Source: Malacoraja senta
Taxonomy: Eukaryota
Assembly: GCA_038087875.1 (NCBI GenBank)
Contig: JAXLNO010001544.1
Span: 1 to 64,000, forward strand
Length of the DNA: 64,000 nt
Direction: 5' to 3'
The stretch's first letter is position 1; each line of letters starts with the position of its first letter. Shown piece after piece: positions 63,420 through 64,000 of this stretch. The position numbers were made by a program, and so were the translations under genes. Below the pieces are notes generated by a model, which had not been told where the DNA came from, ran no database searches, and saw only the letters and a list, made by a program, of their open reading frames with translations.

Positions 63420-64000
63420 TTGGGTATTGTCGCAATGTCTTTATGATTTGTAAATGTACATGGTGCGTCTGTTGATGGAGAGTGGGACATGCACTGCTCA
63501 TGAACAGGAATGTGAGAACACTACCATGTCTAACAATCCACTGAAGCTTCAGCTTCAGCTGTTTAACCTGAGAGGAGTTCAACCTCTGGATCTCTCCTGC
63601 TTTTGGCTGCTCAGAACCATCCTCTCTGGCCAAACATTTGGCCATCAGCTCCATTATTAGCACAACTACTTCAACTGTTCTCTGATAATGTCCACTTCAA
63701 GCTCCTTGGAGTGTTTAATCACAGTAAAGGCAGGTTCTTGTTTAATATAATGTCAGAATCCTTTCAAAAATCTCTCCCGATGACTTTGATGATAATCATT
63801 CCTAGTACTTCAGCTCCGCTGAACCTGCTGACTCCTGTGTGACATGGAGTGTGTGTGGTGTGTGTGTGCTTGTTGTTCCCATTTGCATGGAGTGTGTGTC
63901 CCAGATTAGAGATTGCAGTCGTTTCAGTGTGTGGAGAAGTTATATTTTTCTTATGAGTGTAGTTCCATCATGTCTCATCATCGCACTGAAAATATTCAGT

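Noticed and set aside
63420-64000. Final cytoplasmic exon of the receptor
   Set aside because: No convincing acceptor with an in-frame tyrosine motif or stop and polyA signal. The end probably lies outside the window.

Overview
Vertebrate genomic DNA, almost certainly from a cartilaginous fish and probably a skate or ray. This is inferred from the dense CR1/HER1-type LINEs, HE1/V-SINE-type tRNA SINEs, Rex1, Penelope and L1 remnants. One host gene can be assembled on the + strand across about 53 kb: leader (8659-8707), V1 (33329-33679), V2 (34599-34943), TM (61501-61629) and cytoplasmic exon (61795-61868), continuing past the identifiable exons. All junctions are GT-AG and in frame. It encodes a type I membrane receptor with two tandem, germline-joined, TCR/IgL-like VJ domains. 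It has no constant domain, an uncharged TM and a TDYENI (ITSM-like) tyrosine motif. I read it as a non-rearranging VJ-type immune receptor in the NCR3/NKp30, XMIV or NITR structural class; the family is not assignable without searches. The introns keep relics of further V-exon duplications. The V2-TM intron holds an antisense endogenous retrovirus (35514-54479) with two LTRs, a tRNA-Ser PBS, a PPT and an AGGG TSD. Nested inside it are a Harbinger-like MITE, then a CR1, then a nearly intact full-length L1. A 1.4-kb TIR element just after the cytoplasmic exon carries a GC-rich, gene-like cargo bracketed by telomere-like repeats. TE boundaries without a stated TSD are approximate. No database searches were run.
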